In this document: piece after piece, positions 37,749 through 46,604 of the stretch | Layout: each line of letters begins with the position of its first letter | Numbering within the stretch: position 1 is the first letter of the stretch | DNA from: an uncultured Planctomycetales bacterium | GTDB taxonomy: Bacteria > Omnitrophota > Gorgyraeia > Gygaellales > Profunditerraquicolaceae | Direction: 5' to 3' | Assembly: GCA_964427405.1 (NCBI GenBank) | Contig: CAYRUB010000003.1 | Coordinates: 64,946 to 128,945, forward strand | DNA: 64,000 nt | Notes under the pieces: model-generated | The model's input: only the letters and a program-made list of their open reading frames with translations | What the model was told of the DNA's origin: nothing | The model's database searches: none | Position numbers and translations under genes: made by a program

Positions 37749-39484
37749 ATTTTTACAGCACCCTGCCCGGATTTATCTAACAGAAAACTGCCCATAACCA
37801 GATAATCCATTTCTGTGCGCATAAAGCACTTAAAAGCATCCTGTGGAGTCAAAACTAACGGTTCTCCTCTTACATTAAAAGAAGTATTGATCACAACCGG
37901 ACATCCTGTTTTTTGATAAAACTGATTTATAAGTTCATAATAAAGCGGATTATCTTCTCTGGAAACAGTCTGCACCCTGGCAGTATAATCTACGTGAGTA
38001 ACTGCGGGTATAGCAGAATGCTTATTTTCTTTTTTTACCAGAGCGACTAAAAGCATATACGGGCTTTCTTTATCTAAATCAAACCATTCATTTGCTTTTT
38101 CTCTTAAGACCGTAGGGGCAAACGGGCGGAATGATTCACGATATTTAATTTTCAGGTTCATCCTGGATCGCATATCCGCATTACGCGCGTCTCCGATAAT
38201 ACTTCTTGCCCCTAATGCCCGAGGCCCAAACTCTATGCGCCCTTGAAACCAACCGATAACTTTACCCTGCGCGATTAAATCTGACACCTCTCCCGCGATA
38301 GCCTTATCATCAAGCCGCCTATGAGGAATATTAAATCCTGTCAAAAATTTTTCAATATAATCATCACTGTAAGACGGGCCCAATAATGAACCTTTTTGCG
38401 CATCATGTTTATCATCGGCAATACGTTTGTTTCCTAAATATTTATACCAGATCAAAAGAGCGGCCCCTAACGCTCCACCGGCATCCCCGCTTGCCGGCTG
38501 GATCCAAATATTTTTAAACGGGCCTTCCCGCAATATCCTGCCGTTTCCCACGCAATTTAAGGCTACGCCCCCGGCTAAACAAAGATTCTCCTGTCCGGTT
38601 ACCTTCTGCACCTGACAGGCCATTTTAAGCATTATTTCCCCCGTAACATCCTGTATAGAAGCAGCTACATCCTTGTATTTCTGAGTTATCTCTGTTTCAG
38701 GTTTTCTGGGGGGAGCGCCGAAGAGACGGTCAAAACGATGATTTGTCATACGCAAGCTGTTACAATAACCAAAATACTTCATATTAATTTTAAAAGACCC
38801 GTCGTCTTTAAGATCTATCAGTTTACCTAAAATTAAATCTTTATAAATAGGCCTGCCATACGGGGCAAGCCCCATAAGCTTATATTCCCCTGAGTTAACT
38901 TTAAAGCCGCAATAATAAGTAAATGCTGAATAAAGTAACCCCAGGGAATGCGGGAATCTAAGATAATATTGGATATCTAATTCATTGCCCCTGCCTACGC
39001 CAAAACTTGCCGTCTCCCATTCTCCTACTCCGTCCATAGTCAGGAACGCGGCTTCCCTAAAAGGTGAGGCATAAAACGCGCTTGCAGCATGCGATTCGTG
39101 ATGCTCGCTAAATAAAATCTTCCCCTTATAACGCAGCCCCTTCCTGATCAGCTCGGAGATCCAAAGCTTCTGATTTAACCATAACGGAATAGCTTGGATA
39201 AATCCAGTTATTCCTCCGGGCGCGTAAGCAAGGGCGGTTTCAAGAATACGCTCAAATTTAATAAATGGCTTATCATAAAAAACTACAAAATCTAAATCAC
39301 TGGCGTTGATACCAGCCTCTTTCAGGCAATAATCTATCGCGTTTTTAGGAAAATTAAAATCGTGTTTCTTGCGGCTAAAACGCTCTTCCTGAACCGCGGC
39401 AATAATTTCCCCGTCGCAAACTAAACAAGCGGCGCTATCATGGTAAAAACAAGAAATCCCTAGAATATAAATTTTTTCCTTCAC
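37745..39484 (-). CDS. NodU/CmcH family carbamoyltransferase
   Basis: 579 aa. N-terminus ILGISCFYHDSAACLV is carbamoyltransferase-N (ASKHA-like). The C-terminal region includes FNVRGEPLV. Confidence 0.9.
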   Translation of the reverse strand: MKEKIYILGISCFYHDSAACLVCDGEIIAAVQEERFSRKKHDFNFPKNAIDYCLKEAGINASDLDFVVFYDKPFIKFERILETALAYAPGGITGFIQAIPLWLNQKLWISELIRKGLRYKGKILFSEHHESHAASAFYASPFREAAFLTMDGVGEWETASFGVGRGNELDIQYYLRFPHSLGLLYSAFTYYCGFKVNSGEYKLMGLAPYGRPIYKDLILGKLIDLKDDGSFKINMKYFGYCNSLRMTNHRFDRLFGAPPRKPETEITQKYKDVAASIQDVTGEIMLKMACQVQKVTGQENLCLAGGVALNCVGNGRILREGPFKNIWIQPASGDAGGALGAALLIWYKYLGNKRIADDKHDAQKGSLLGPSYSDDYIEKFLTGFNIPHRRLDDKAIAGEVSDLIAQGKVIGWFQGRIEFGPRALGARSIIGDARNADMRSRMNLKIKYRESFRPFAPTVLREKANEWFDLDKESPYMLLVALVKKENKHSAIPAVTHVDYTARVQTVSREDNPLYYELINQFYQKTGCPVVINTSFNVRGEPLVLTPQDAFKCFMRTEMDYLVMGSFLLDKSGQGAVKI

Positions 39485-40161
39485 TTGTGATTACTAAATC
39501 TAAAATATATTATCCTCATTATTGCCCAAAGCCCATCGCGAATCTTTATCTTCTTTCCCTCTTTATACGAACGCGGCTTATACGAAACAGGCACCTCCAG
39601 TATACGCATACCCTTCTTTATCGCCTCAGCCAATATCTCAATATCAATATCAAAACTATTTGACTTAAGGCCCAGCCCTAAAATGCTGTCCCTACGCATA
39701 AGCTTATAGCAGCTAAAACAATCATTTAGCTTAACGCCGAACAATTTATTCATTAATCCGGTTAGAAAACGGTTACCTATCTTGTGAAGTAATATCCCGC
39801 GATACCCTTCGGTGAACCGGGCGCCTAAAACCATATCAACCCCTTGATTATTTATCGCCTCTAAAAGTTTAAGATAATCATTAGGATCATATTCTAAATC
39901 CGCATCCTGAATAATAATAAACTCGCCTGTCGCATTCTCTAAGCCTGTGCGCACCGCAGCGCCCTTGTCCCTTTTACTGACATGATGTATAACCTTTAGG
40001 TTATTAAAAGAAAGCGAGTTTAAGATTGACGCAGTGCGGTCTTTTGAACAATCATTAACCACAATAATCTCTTTTTCAATAGGCAAGTTGTTAACCTTAC
40101 TTATTATTTCCTCAATTGTCTTTTCTTCATTATAAACAGGTATCAAAACAGAGAGTGTCAT
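39481..40161 (-). CDS. Glycosyltransferase family 2 (polyprenol-phosphate glycosyltransferase-like)
   Basis: 226 aa with LIPVYNEE and DAD motifs. Paralog of 42186..42863. Confidence 0.85.
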   Translation of the reverse strand: MTLSVLIPVYNEEKTIEEIISKVNNLPIEKEIIVVNDCSKDRTASILNSLSFNNLKVIHHVSKRDKGAAVRTGLENATGEFIIIQDADLEYDPNDYLKLLEAINNQGVDMVLGARFTEGYRGILLHKIGNRFLTGLMNKLFGVKLNDCFSCYKLMRRDSILGLGLKSNSFDIDIEILAEAIKKGMRILEVPVSYKPRSYKEGKKIKIRDGLWAIMRIIYFRFSNHK

Positions 40162-40169
40162 GATTTGCC

Positions 40170-40946
40170 TTAATCTGGCTTTTTCTTGCTTCTGATTAAA
40201 TTATAATAACCTGAAAGCTTTATCCAAAGAGAAAGCGGCTTAAATGTATCCGCATTGGTCATTTTGACTCTTTTAAGCTCATAGGCATCGCGGTTAAAAT
40301 TAACAAGGCCGCGGTTTGTCGTACAGGCCCCCAGATAGCCCGCTCCCTTAACCAACCCCTTGACTCTTTCGTTGAATCCTCCGGAAGGATAGCAAAAATA
40401 ATCCACGGCAGCACCAATCTCTTGCTCGATTTTTATTTTGGGGCTTACTATTTCCTCCCAGGCGGTCTTTTCATCCATATAAGATCCAAGATAAAAATGG
40501 GTTTTGGTATGCACGCCAAAAGATATATTATTTTTAGACATTATCCTTACTTCATCCCAATTCAAGAATCTTTTTTCACCTCCTACAAAATCAGAGATAA
40601 GAAAGATTGTCGCGGGAAACCCGAATTTCCTTAAAACAGGATAAGCATATTTGAAATTATCCTGATAACCGTCATCAAAAGTAATAACTACCTTATTATT
40701 CTTAAGCCGCTGTTTACTTTTTATGCTCCCGGCTAATTCATCCAAGGTTATTACCTCGTAACCTTTATTTTTAATATATTCCAGCTGCTTAGCAAAATTT
40801 TCAGGGCTCACAAAATGATTGTCTTTCTGGTAATTAATACTGTGATACATCAAAATAGGCACCGCATATCTCGGAGAAAGCCAGAAAAAATAAAAAGCTG
40901 CCAGCAAAATAATTATTAAAAATAATACGATAATATTCTTTTTCAT
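40170..40946 (-). CDS. Polysaccharide deacetylase (NodB homology domain) with an N-terminal TM
   Basis: Start set to the ATG at 40946 (MKKNIIVLF). Contains the NodB motifs TFDDGY and HT.TH. Confidence 0.8.
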   Translation of the reverse strand: MKKNIIVLFLIIILLAAFYFFWLSPRYAVPILMYHSINYQKDNHFVSPENFAKQLEYIKNKGYEVITLDELAGSIKSKQRLKNNKVVITFDDGYQDNFKYAYPVLRKFGFPATIFLISDFVGGEKRFLNWDEVRIMSKNNISFGVHTKTHFYLGSYMDEKTAWEEIVSPKIKIEQEIGAAVDYFCYPSGGFNERVKGLVKGAGYLGACTTNRGLVNFNRDAYELKRVKMTNADTFKPLSLWIKLSGYYNLIRSKKKPD

Positions 40947-40948
40947 AT

Positions 40949-42181
40949 TTAGAAACGAGTTTGCGCCACTCTCTCCAGCCGCCTTAAAGACAGGCAAATC
41001 CCAATCAAGTACCAGAATATCATTGCTACTCTAGAATTATAAAGGCTGGTCTCGGTTAGGCCGTTAACTAAAAAGGCAAAAAGGCAGGCAATTAAAGATA
41101 AACAGGCCGCCCTCAGGTATTCATTTTTCAGGTTAAAATAACTGTTCCAGGCATTTTTAAAAATTAAAAACAGAAATACTAAAAAGGCAGCTAAACCCAA
41201 CAAGCCAATCTCCCCCGCCATCTGCAAATATATATTATGCGAATAAATAGTATCGGGAGTAGGCGCGTATTTCTCCGCGCTTTCTGTTTTATATTTACCA
41301 TAGTTTCTAGAAAAGGTGTTCACTCCCACGCCTATAAACGGATGATGCTTGATCATGTTAATAGTATTACTGTAAATACTGATCCTGTCCTGATTAAGCA
41401 TAAATACCGCTGGATTATAATTAACCTCTTTTGCCCATTTTTTTATATCTTTGGGCATTACAAAAGGAAAAATTATCAGGATTGCCGCCAAGCCGGAAAT
41501 CAATAACTTTTTCCTGCCGCTAATACCCAAAAACAAAATTGCTAAAAAAACAGCTACCCCCGCTCCCCGGGAAAGGGTTAAAAATAAACCGCCTAATGCC
41601 AAAATGCTTAAGCAGGACATCAACAGTTTCTTCTTCCCTTTAAAATAAAGAATACTCAAACCGGCAATCAGCGGGATCAATGCCGCCAAATAAATCCCTA
41701 AAAGGTTGGGGTTCGGAAATGAAGCTGAGGCGCGCGCCAATCCAGCTTGATGATGCAAAGCAACCCTGTGCACAAAATCAAAACCAAAGAGAAATTGCCA
41801 TATTGCATCGATGGACACCAGGGTAATCCCGCAGCAAACCGAAAAGATAATCCTTTTTAAGTGCCGCTCATCCTTGATTCCTTCGCTACAGACAACAAAA
41901 ATTAATAGACTTTTCAACAACTTGACTATGCCTTGCACGCTCGTATCCAGGCTCACTGAATTTACAAAAGAAAGTAAAGAAATTAAAATAATGGCGCTAA
42001 AAGAAATCCAGATCTTTCTCTCTTTAAATAACCCTTCTTTCTTGAATAATTTAATTATTATAAAGGATATGCAAAACAAGCCGATAAAGACATTGGCTAA
42101 CCCGGGCGCGATAGCTACAGCAAAAGGCATAGCTACGATTGACCAATAAAGAATAAAATCCAAAACTTGCAGTATTTTCAT
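40949..42181 (-). CDS. O-antigen ligase / Wzy-like polymerase family membrane protein
   Basis: 410 aa, polytopic, with a Wzy_C-like region containing conserved R/H. Confidence 0.7.
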   Translation of the reverse strand: MKILQVLDFILYWSIVAMPFAVAIAPGLANVFIGLFCISFIIIKLFKKEGLFKERKIWISFSAIILISLLSFVNSVSLDTSVQGIVKLLKSLLIFVVCSEGIKDERHLKRIIFSVCCGITLVSIDAIWQFLFGFDFVHRVALHHQAGLARASASFPNPNLLGIYLAALIPLIAGLSILYFKGKKKLLMSCLSILALGGLFLTLSRGAGVAVFLAILFLGISGRKKLLISGLAAILIIFPFVMPKDIKKWAKEVNYNPAVFMLNQDRISIYSNTINMIKHHPFIGVGVNTFSRNYGKYKTESAEKYAPTPDTIYSHNIYLQMAGEIGLLGLAAFLVFLFLIFKNAWNSYFNLKNEYLRAACLSLIACLFAFLVNGLTETSLYNSRVAMIFWYLIGICLSLRRLERVAQTRF

Positions 42182-42185
42182 AATT

Positions 42186-42863
42186 TTATCTCCCTAGCCT
42201 GTATTTAAGCATCGCGAAAATTGCCTGAAAAGCATCACCTATCCTGATTTTCTTGCCTTCTTTATAGGAACGCGGATGATAAGAGGCATGCACCTCTTTA
42301 ATCCTAAAACCTTTGCGTAAAGCCTTGCAAATAATTTCCACATCAATATCAAAACTTGTTGCCTGTAATCCCAGGGAATTGAATGCCTCCCTGCGTGCCA
42401 GCTTATAACAAGTAGCGTAATCGTTTAACTTTACGCCAAAAAGAAAATTCAAAGCAAATGTCAAAAACCTATTACCCGCCCTATGCATGAATAGCCCGTG
42501 GTAGCCCTTAAAGAAACGCGCCCCTAAAACCAAATCAGCCTTGCCATCTTTAATCGCCTCAAATAAAACCGGGTAATCATTAGGGTCATATTCCAGGTCG
42601 GCATCCTGCGCGATGACATACTCCCCGCAGGCATTACCCAGCCCGGTTAGAAAAGAGGCGCCCTTGCCCCGGTTAGTGGCATGATAAATAATCCTTAAAT
42701 TTTCATAATGTAAATCCCTTAATATTTTATGCGTGCCGTCAGTGGAACAATTGTCGACTATGATAATCTCCTTATCGATATCTACAGAATGAACTCTTTC
42801 GATTATCTGCCCAATGGTCTTTTCTTCGTTATAAACCGGGACAATTACTGATATAAGCGGCAT
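42186..42863 (-). CDS. Glycosyltransferase family 2 (paralog of 39481..40161)
   Basis: 225 aa, roughly half identical by eye to the 226-aa paralog (MPLISVIVPVYNEEKTIGQII vs MTLSVLIPVYNEEKTIEEII). Confidence 0.85.
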   Translation of the reverse strand: MPLISVIVPVYNEEKTIGQIIERVHSVDIDKEIIIVDNCSTDGTHKILRDLHYENLRIIYHATNRGKGASFLTGLGNACGEYVIAQDADLEYDPNDYPVLFEAIKDGKADLVLGARFFKGYHGLFMHRAGNRFLTFALNFLFGVKLNDYATCYKLARREAFNSLGLQATSFDIDVEIICKALRKGFRIKEVHASYHPRSYKEGKKIRIGDAFQAIFAMLKYRLGR

Positions 42864-42878
42864 AAATTCTCCTATACG

Positions 42879-43856
42879 TCATTGCGAAGCGTACTCTTTG
42901 TACCATTTATAAGTTGCCTCTAAGCCCTGCTTAAGCGAATACTTGGGCTGCCATCCTAGAATCCTTTTTGCCTTAGCGCTGGAAAGATATTGCCTGTCAA
43001 TCTCGCCTTTTATTTTACCCTTGCTCAATATCTTGGGGGATAATCCGGATTTTCCAGAGATCTTAAGGATCATTTTTACAAGTTTAATTACACTTATCGG
43101 CTTACCAATGCCAAAATTAAAAGCTTCTCCAAAGCTCACTTTCTTTTTTAATAAACCGGCGGCCAAAATAAAATACGCATCAACAATATCCCCCACAAAA
43201 GCATAATCTCTCAAAGGAGTCCCATCGCTTCTTATAATTGGATTTCTTCCCTGGATAGCCGCACGGCAAGTATCCGGAATAATCCTTGAGAAATTTAAAT
43301 CACCCGGCCCATATATATTAGCACAACGGGTAACGGCTACCGGGAGTTTGTAAGTGTGGGCGTATGTCCTGCTAAGGATATCCGCGCAAGATTTAGAGGC
43401 ATCATAAGGATGCAGGGCAATTAAAGGCGCTTCTTCCTTGTAAGGAAGCTTCTTGTGCTCTCCGTATGCCTTATCACTCGAGGCAACAACCATAGCCTTA
43501 ACCCCAAAAACCCGGGCCGCTTCAAGTATATTCCATGTCCCCTCAATATTTGTCTTAAATGTACCTAGCGGCGAATCATTGGCTATTCCCACGATTGCCT
43601 GGGCTGCAATATGAAAACAAACATCAATTTTGTTATTCTTAAATATAGAATTTATGAGCTTGCTATCAGATAAATCACCCCGGTAAATCTTGGACCTACT
43701 GCCCAAATCCTCAAGGTTAAACAATGAAGAGCGAATATCCTCTTTTATCAAAACAATCACCTTGGCATTATAAGCCAGCGCCCTTTTTACCAAATGCGAA
43801 CCCAAAAAACCGTTTGCCCCCGTAATAAAAATAACCTTATTTCTCCAGATATTCAT
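42879..43856 (-). CDS. NAD-dependent epimerase/dehydratase, probably CDP-glucose 4,6-dehydratase
   Basis: Rossmann motif GANGFLGSHL. Start set to the ATG at 43856, giving an ATGA overlap with the rfbF stop. Adjacent to a cytidylyltransferase. Confidence 0.7.
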   Translation of the reverse strand: MNIWRNKVIFITGANGFLGSHLVKRALAYNAKVIVLIKEDIRSSLFNLEDLGSRSKIYRGDLSDSKLINSIFKNNKIDVCFHIAAQAIVGIANDSPLGTFKTNIEGTWNILEAARVFGVKAMVVASSDKAYGEHKKLPYKEEAPLIALHPYDASKSCADILSRTYAHTYKLPVAVTRCANIYGPGDLNFSRIIPDTCRAAIQGRNPIIRSDGTPLRDYAFVGDIVDAYFILAAGLLKKKVSFGEAFNFGIGKPISVIKLVKMILKISGKSGLSPKILSKGKIKGEIDRQYLSSAKAKRILGWQPKYSLKQGLEATYKWYKEYASQ

Positions 43857-44566
43857 CTTTTCTCCATATTCTTTTTCCAAACCGCCTTATTTTTTTTCCA
43901 AAGATCGTTCAACTCAAGATTATCTTTATAAGTATCCATACACCTCCAGAAACCCAGATGCTTAAAAGCATTCAACTCTTTGTCTTTTAGAATCCGCTTG
44001 AAACTGTCTTTTTCCAGTATATCATTGTCCTTAAGATAGCTAAAAATATTCTTGTTAAATACAAAAAATCCGCTGTTTATCCAGTGATCCAGAATGGGCT
44101 TTTCTTCAAAGTGCGTAACTGCCTGAGTATGATTATCAACCCCTACAATACCAAACTGAGAAAATGGCCTGGCTACGGTAATCGTGGCGCTTTTATTATG
44201 CCTTTCATGGAATTTCACTAGTTCCGGTAAATTAATATCCGCAATCCCGTCTCCGTAAGTAGCGAAAAAATAATCCTCCCGGATAAACTTCTCGATTTTC
44301 TTGATCCTGCCTCCGGTATTGGTGTTCTCTCCAGTTTCCGCAAAGGTTATATTCCATTTACTTGAACCTGAAAAATATTCTTTTATTATCTCCCCTTTAT
44401 ACCCTAAACATAATATAAAATCATTAAACCCAAAATACGAATAAATACTCATTATGTGCCAAAGGATTGGCTTGCCCCCTATCGGAAATAAAACCTTAGG
44501 CAGCTCATCGCTGCCCATCCTCGTTCCTTTGCCGCCGCATAATATTACTGTCTTAATTTTTTGCAT
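43853..44566 (-). CDS. rfbF: Glucose-1-phosphate cytidylyltransferase
   Basis: 237 aa. The N-terminus ILCGGKGTRMG...LFPIGGKPILWH is typical of RfbF. Confidence 0.8.
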   Translation of the reverse strand: MQKIKTVILCGGKGTRMGSDELPKVLFPIGGKPILWHIMSIYSYFGFNDFILCLGYKGEIIKEYFSGSSKWNITFAETGENTNTGGRIKKIEKFIREDYFFATYGDGIADINLPELVKFHERHNKSATITVARPFSQFGIVGVDNHTQAVTHFEEKPILDHWINSGFFVFNKNIFSYLKDNDILEKDSFKRILKDKELNAFKHLGFWRCMDTYKDNLELNDLWKKNKAVWKKNMEKR

Positions 44567-45596
44567 TTTTATAACAAATAATTCTCCAGCTCTTTGGCCG
44601 GGTTAATAATCTTGGCAAAATTGTAAACCACAATAAAAATTTCTCAAACCTGGGATGCCTTTTAAAAAAATAAGCCAACTTTAGTTTAAAATCAAGCTTA
44701 GCGCCCCTGTTTTTACGCCTGGTAACATAATCAGCAGCCAAAGATAGAAATTCTATTTTAGCATTTCTAAACCCTCCATCACGGGCGGCCTTTTTCCACT
44801 CAACCAATGTGTAAGCAGTATCACCGTACCCCTTCTCCTCCATTTCCTTATAAACAGGATGAATCCTTTCCAATACCCCTCTCGATGTTTCATTAATTAA
44901 AACTAACCTTCCTCCGGGTTTTAAAACACGGTAGATCTCTACAAAGACCTTCTTCAAATCCTTGCTATGATGCAAAACAGCTGCGGCAAAAACAATGTCA
45001 AAAGTATTATCAACAAAAGGGATATTGTGCATATCAGAAAACATCCGGTCATAATATGCTTTTTTTATAAAAAGATTGGAGACTTTTAAATAATTACTAA
45101 TATCCGTTGCTACGACACTGCAGCCCTTTTGGGCAAATTTAAAAGAAGCATAGGAAAAAGAAGCCCCGATTTCAAGTATCTTCTCCTGGCCCGTAAGTGA
45201 TAGCCGGTTAAAAGTAGAATAAAACCTATCCGAAGCTTCAGCTATAGTCTGGAAACTCCCACCTCTTTTGAAAAAATAAGACCCGTTTCCTTCAGGCAGA
45301 GAGAAAAATACATCGCTAAACTTCTGGATACTATCGGCGGTTATTTTATATTTATTCCCCTGCTCGTCTTTAATATAATCATCTATATCCATCGCTTCTC
45401 TCTCACGGGATATCGCCTTATTCATGTTCTTTAAGAAATTAACTATTCCATCCTGAATCTGATAGGATGCCCCGCATTTATTACAAATAAGCTTTCCATT
45501 AAATATTTCAAGTTGGCTCGATTCCTCTTCCGCTACAGAAAACGAACTACTTTTACAATCAAGGCACATTAAATTATTTAAAAGTGATTTTCTCAT
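44553..45596 (-). CDS. SAM-dependent methyltransferase with an N-terminal Trm112-like zinc ribbon
   Basis: 347 aa with CxxC...CxxC at the N-terminus, then a class I methyltransferase fold. Confidence 0.7.
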   Translation of the reverse strand: MRKSLLNNLMCLDCKSSSFSVAEEESSQLEIFNGKLICNKCGASYQIQDGIVNFLKNMNKAISREREAMDIDDYIKDEQGNKYKITADSIQKFSDVFFSLPEGNGSYFFKRGGSFQTIAEASDRFYSTFNRLSLTGQEKILEIGASFSYASFKFAQKGCSVVATDISNYLKVSNLFIKKAYYDRMFSDMHNIPFVDNTFDIVFAAAVLHHSKDLKKVFVEIYRVLKPGGRLVLINETSRGVLERIHPVYKEMEEKGYGDTAYTLVEWKKAARDGGFRNAKIEFLSLAADYVTRRKNRGAKLDFKLKLAYFFKRHPRFEKFLLWFTILPRLLTRPKSWRIICYKNAKN

Positions 45597-45602
45597 ATAT
45601 AT

Positions 45603-46583
45603 TTACATATGCATAAAACCATTATTCCGGCATATTCCGCAGATAGTGCTTGCAGAGTATCTTCTGCTTAATACCTCTTTACGCGCTCTGACAAAAGAAT
45701 TATTATTCCAAATCTCCTTAATAGACTGCTTACTGGCATCCCCAAAATCACGGCCTCCATATACAGCGCAACACGGAAAAACCTTACCATCCCAATTAAT
45801 ACTAATCTCCTGCCATAGCTTCCTACAACTCCGGATCTGTTTCTTAGTTTTCAGTTTATCCTTATCATATGCGCTATATTGAGGATTATCCGGGATCCAG
45901 GCAATATCCTGCTTGATAGCCTCGGAGTGAGGCTTAAGTATTTCATCCTTCATAGAAGTACGCATCAAGCCAATCCGGAAATCAGCCCCTATCAAAGATG
46001 CCATGCGGCGCGCCTGCTCTACTTCATGTTCATTATGTTTAAAAACAATAAAATTCCATACAACGCAAACCTTAACCTCAAGACGACGCTTTTCGCTTAT
46101 GAGATAACGCATATTCTCCAGGACTAAATCAAAATTACCCCCTACCCTATATTGAGAATATGCATCCTGGCTGGCGCCGTCACAAGATACGATAATTTCA
46201 TCTATTCCGCTTTTTAGTAAATCCGTCAGCTTCTCTTTCTGGTTAATATTTAAATTAGTGCTTATGATGATCCTAACTTTGTTATTTTTAGTTTTCGCGT
46301 ATCTAATCATCTGGCATAAATCATTATTCAATAACGGCTCGCCCCAATTAAATAAATAAACTTCGGTCAAAGAGCTGCTAAGCTGGTCAAATACATTTTT
46401 AAAAAGGCCGAATTCCATAAACCCCTTATGTAATTCCTTATCACCTTTACCGGTTGGGCAAAGCGGACAGCTTAAATTACAGACATTTCCGGGTTCGATA
46501 CCTAAAATAAACGGCAAATAAGGCAGCTTTGTAACTCTTAAAAACTTTACTAACTTTGTTCTTCTTTTCTTATACTTAAGCAT
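45603..46583 (-). CDS. Radical SAM protein with a C-terminal SPASM/twitch-like Cys cluster
   Basis: 326 aa with CNLSCPLC (CX3CX2C) and C-terminal cysteines: C...CC...C...CGIC. Confidence 0.8.
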   Translation of the reverse strand: MLKYKKRRTKLVKFLRVTKLPYLPFILGIEPGNVCNLSCPLCPTGKGDKELHKGFMEFGLFKNVFDQLSSSLTEVYLFNWGEPLLNNDLCQMIRYAKTKNNKVRIIISTNLNINQKEKLTDLLKSGIDEIIVSCDGASQDAYSQYRVGGNFDLVLENMRYLISEKRRLEVKVCVVWNFIVFKHNEHEVEQARRMASLIGADFRIGLMRTSMKDEILKPHSEAIKQDIAWIPDNPQYSAYDKDKLKTKKQIRSCRKLWQEISINWDGKVFPCCAVYGGRDFGDASKQSIKEIWNNNSFVRARKEVLSRRYSASTICGICRNNGFMHM

Positions 46584-46604
46584 ATTTTACTAAACCGATA
46601 AGCA

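Noticed and set aside
45603-46583. Radical SAM/SPASM protein as the anaerobic sulfatase-maturating enzyme (anSME) for the sulfatase-like gene at 17.7 kb
   Set aside because: The sulfatase-like protein lacks the CxPxR FGly motif, so it has no need of anSME. The genes are 27 kb apart, and the radical SAM gene is embedded in the glycan operon.
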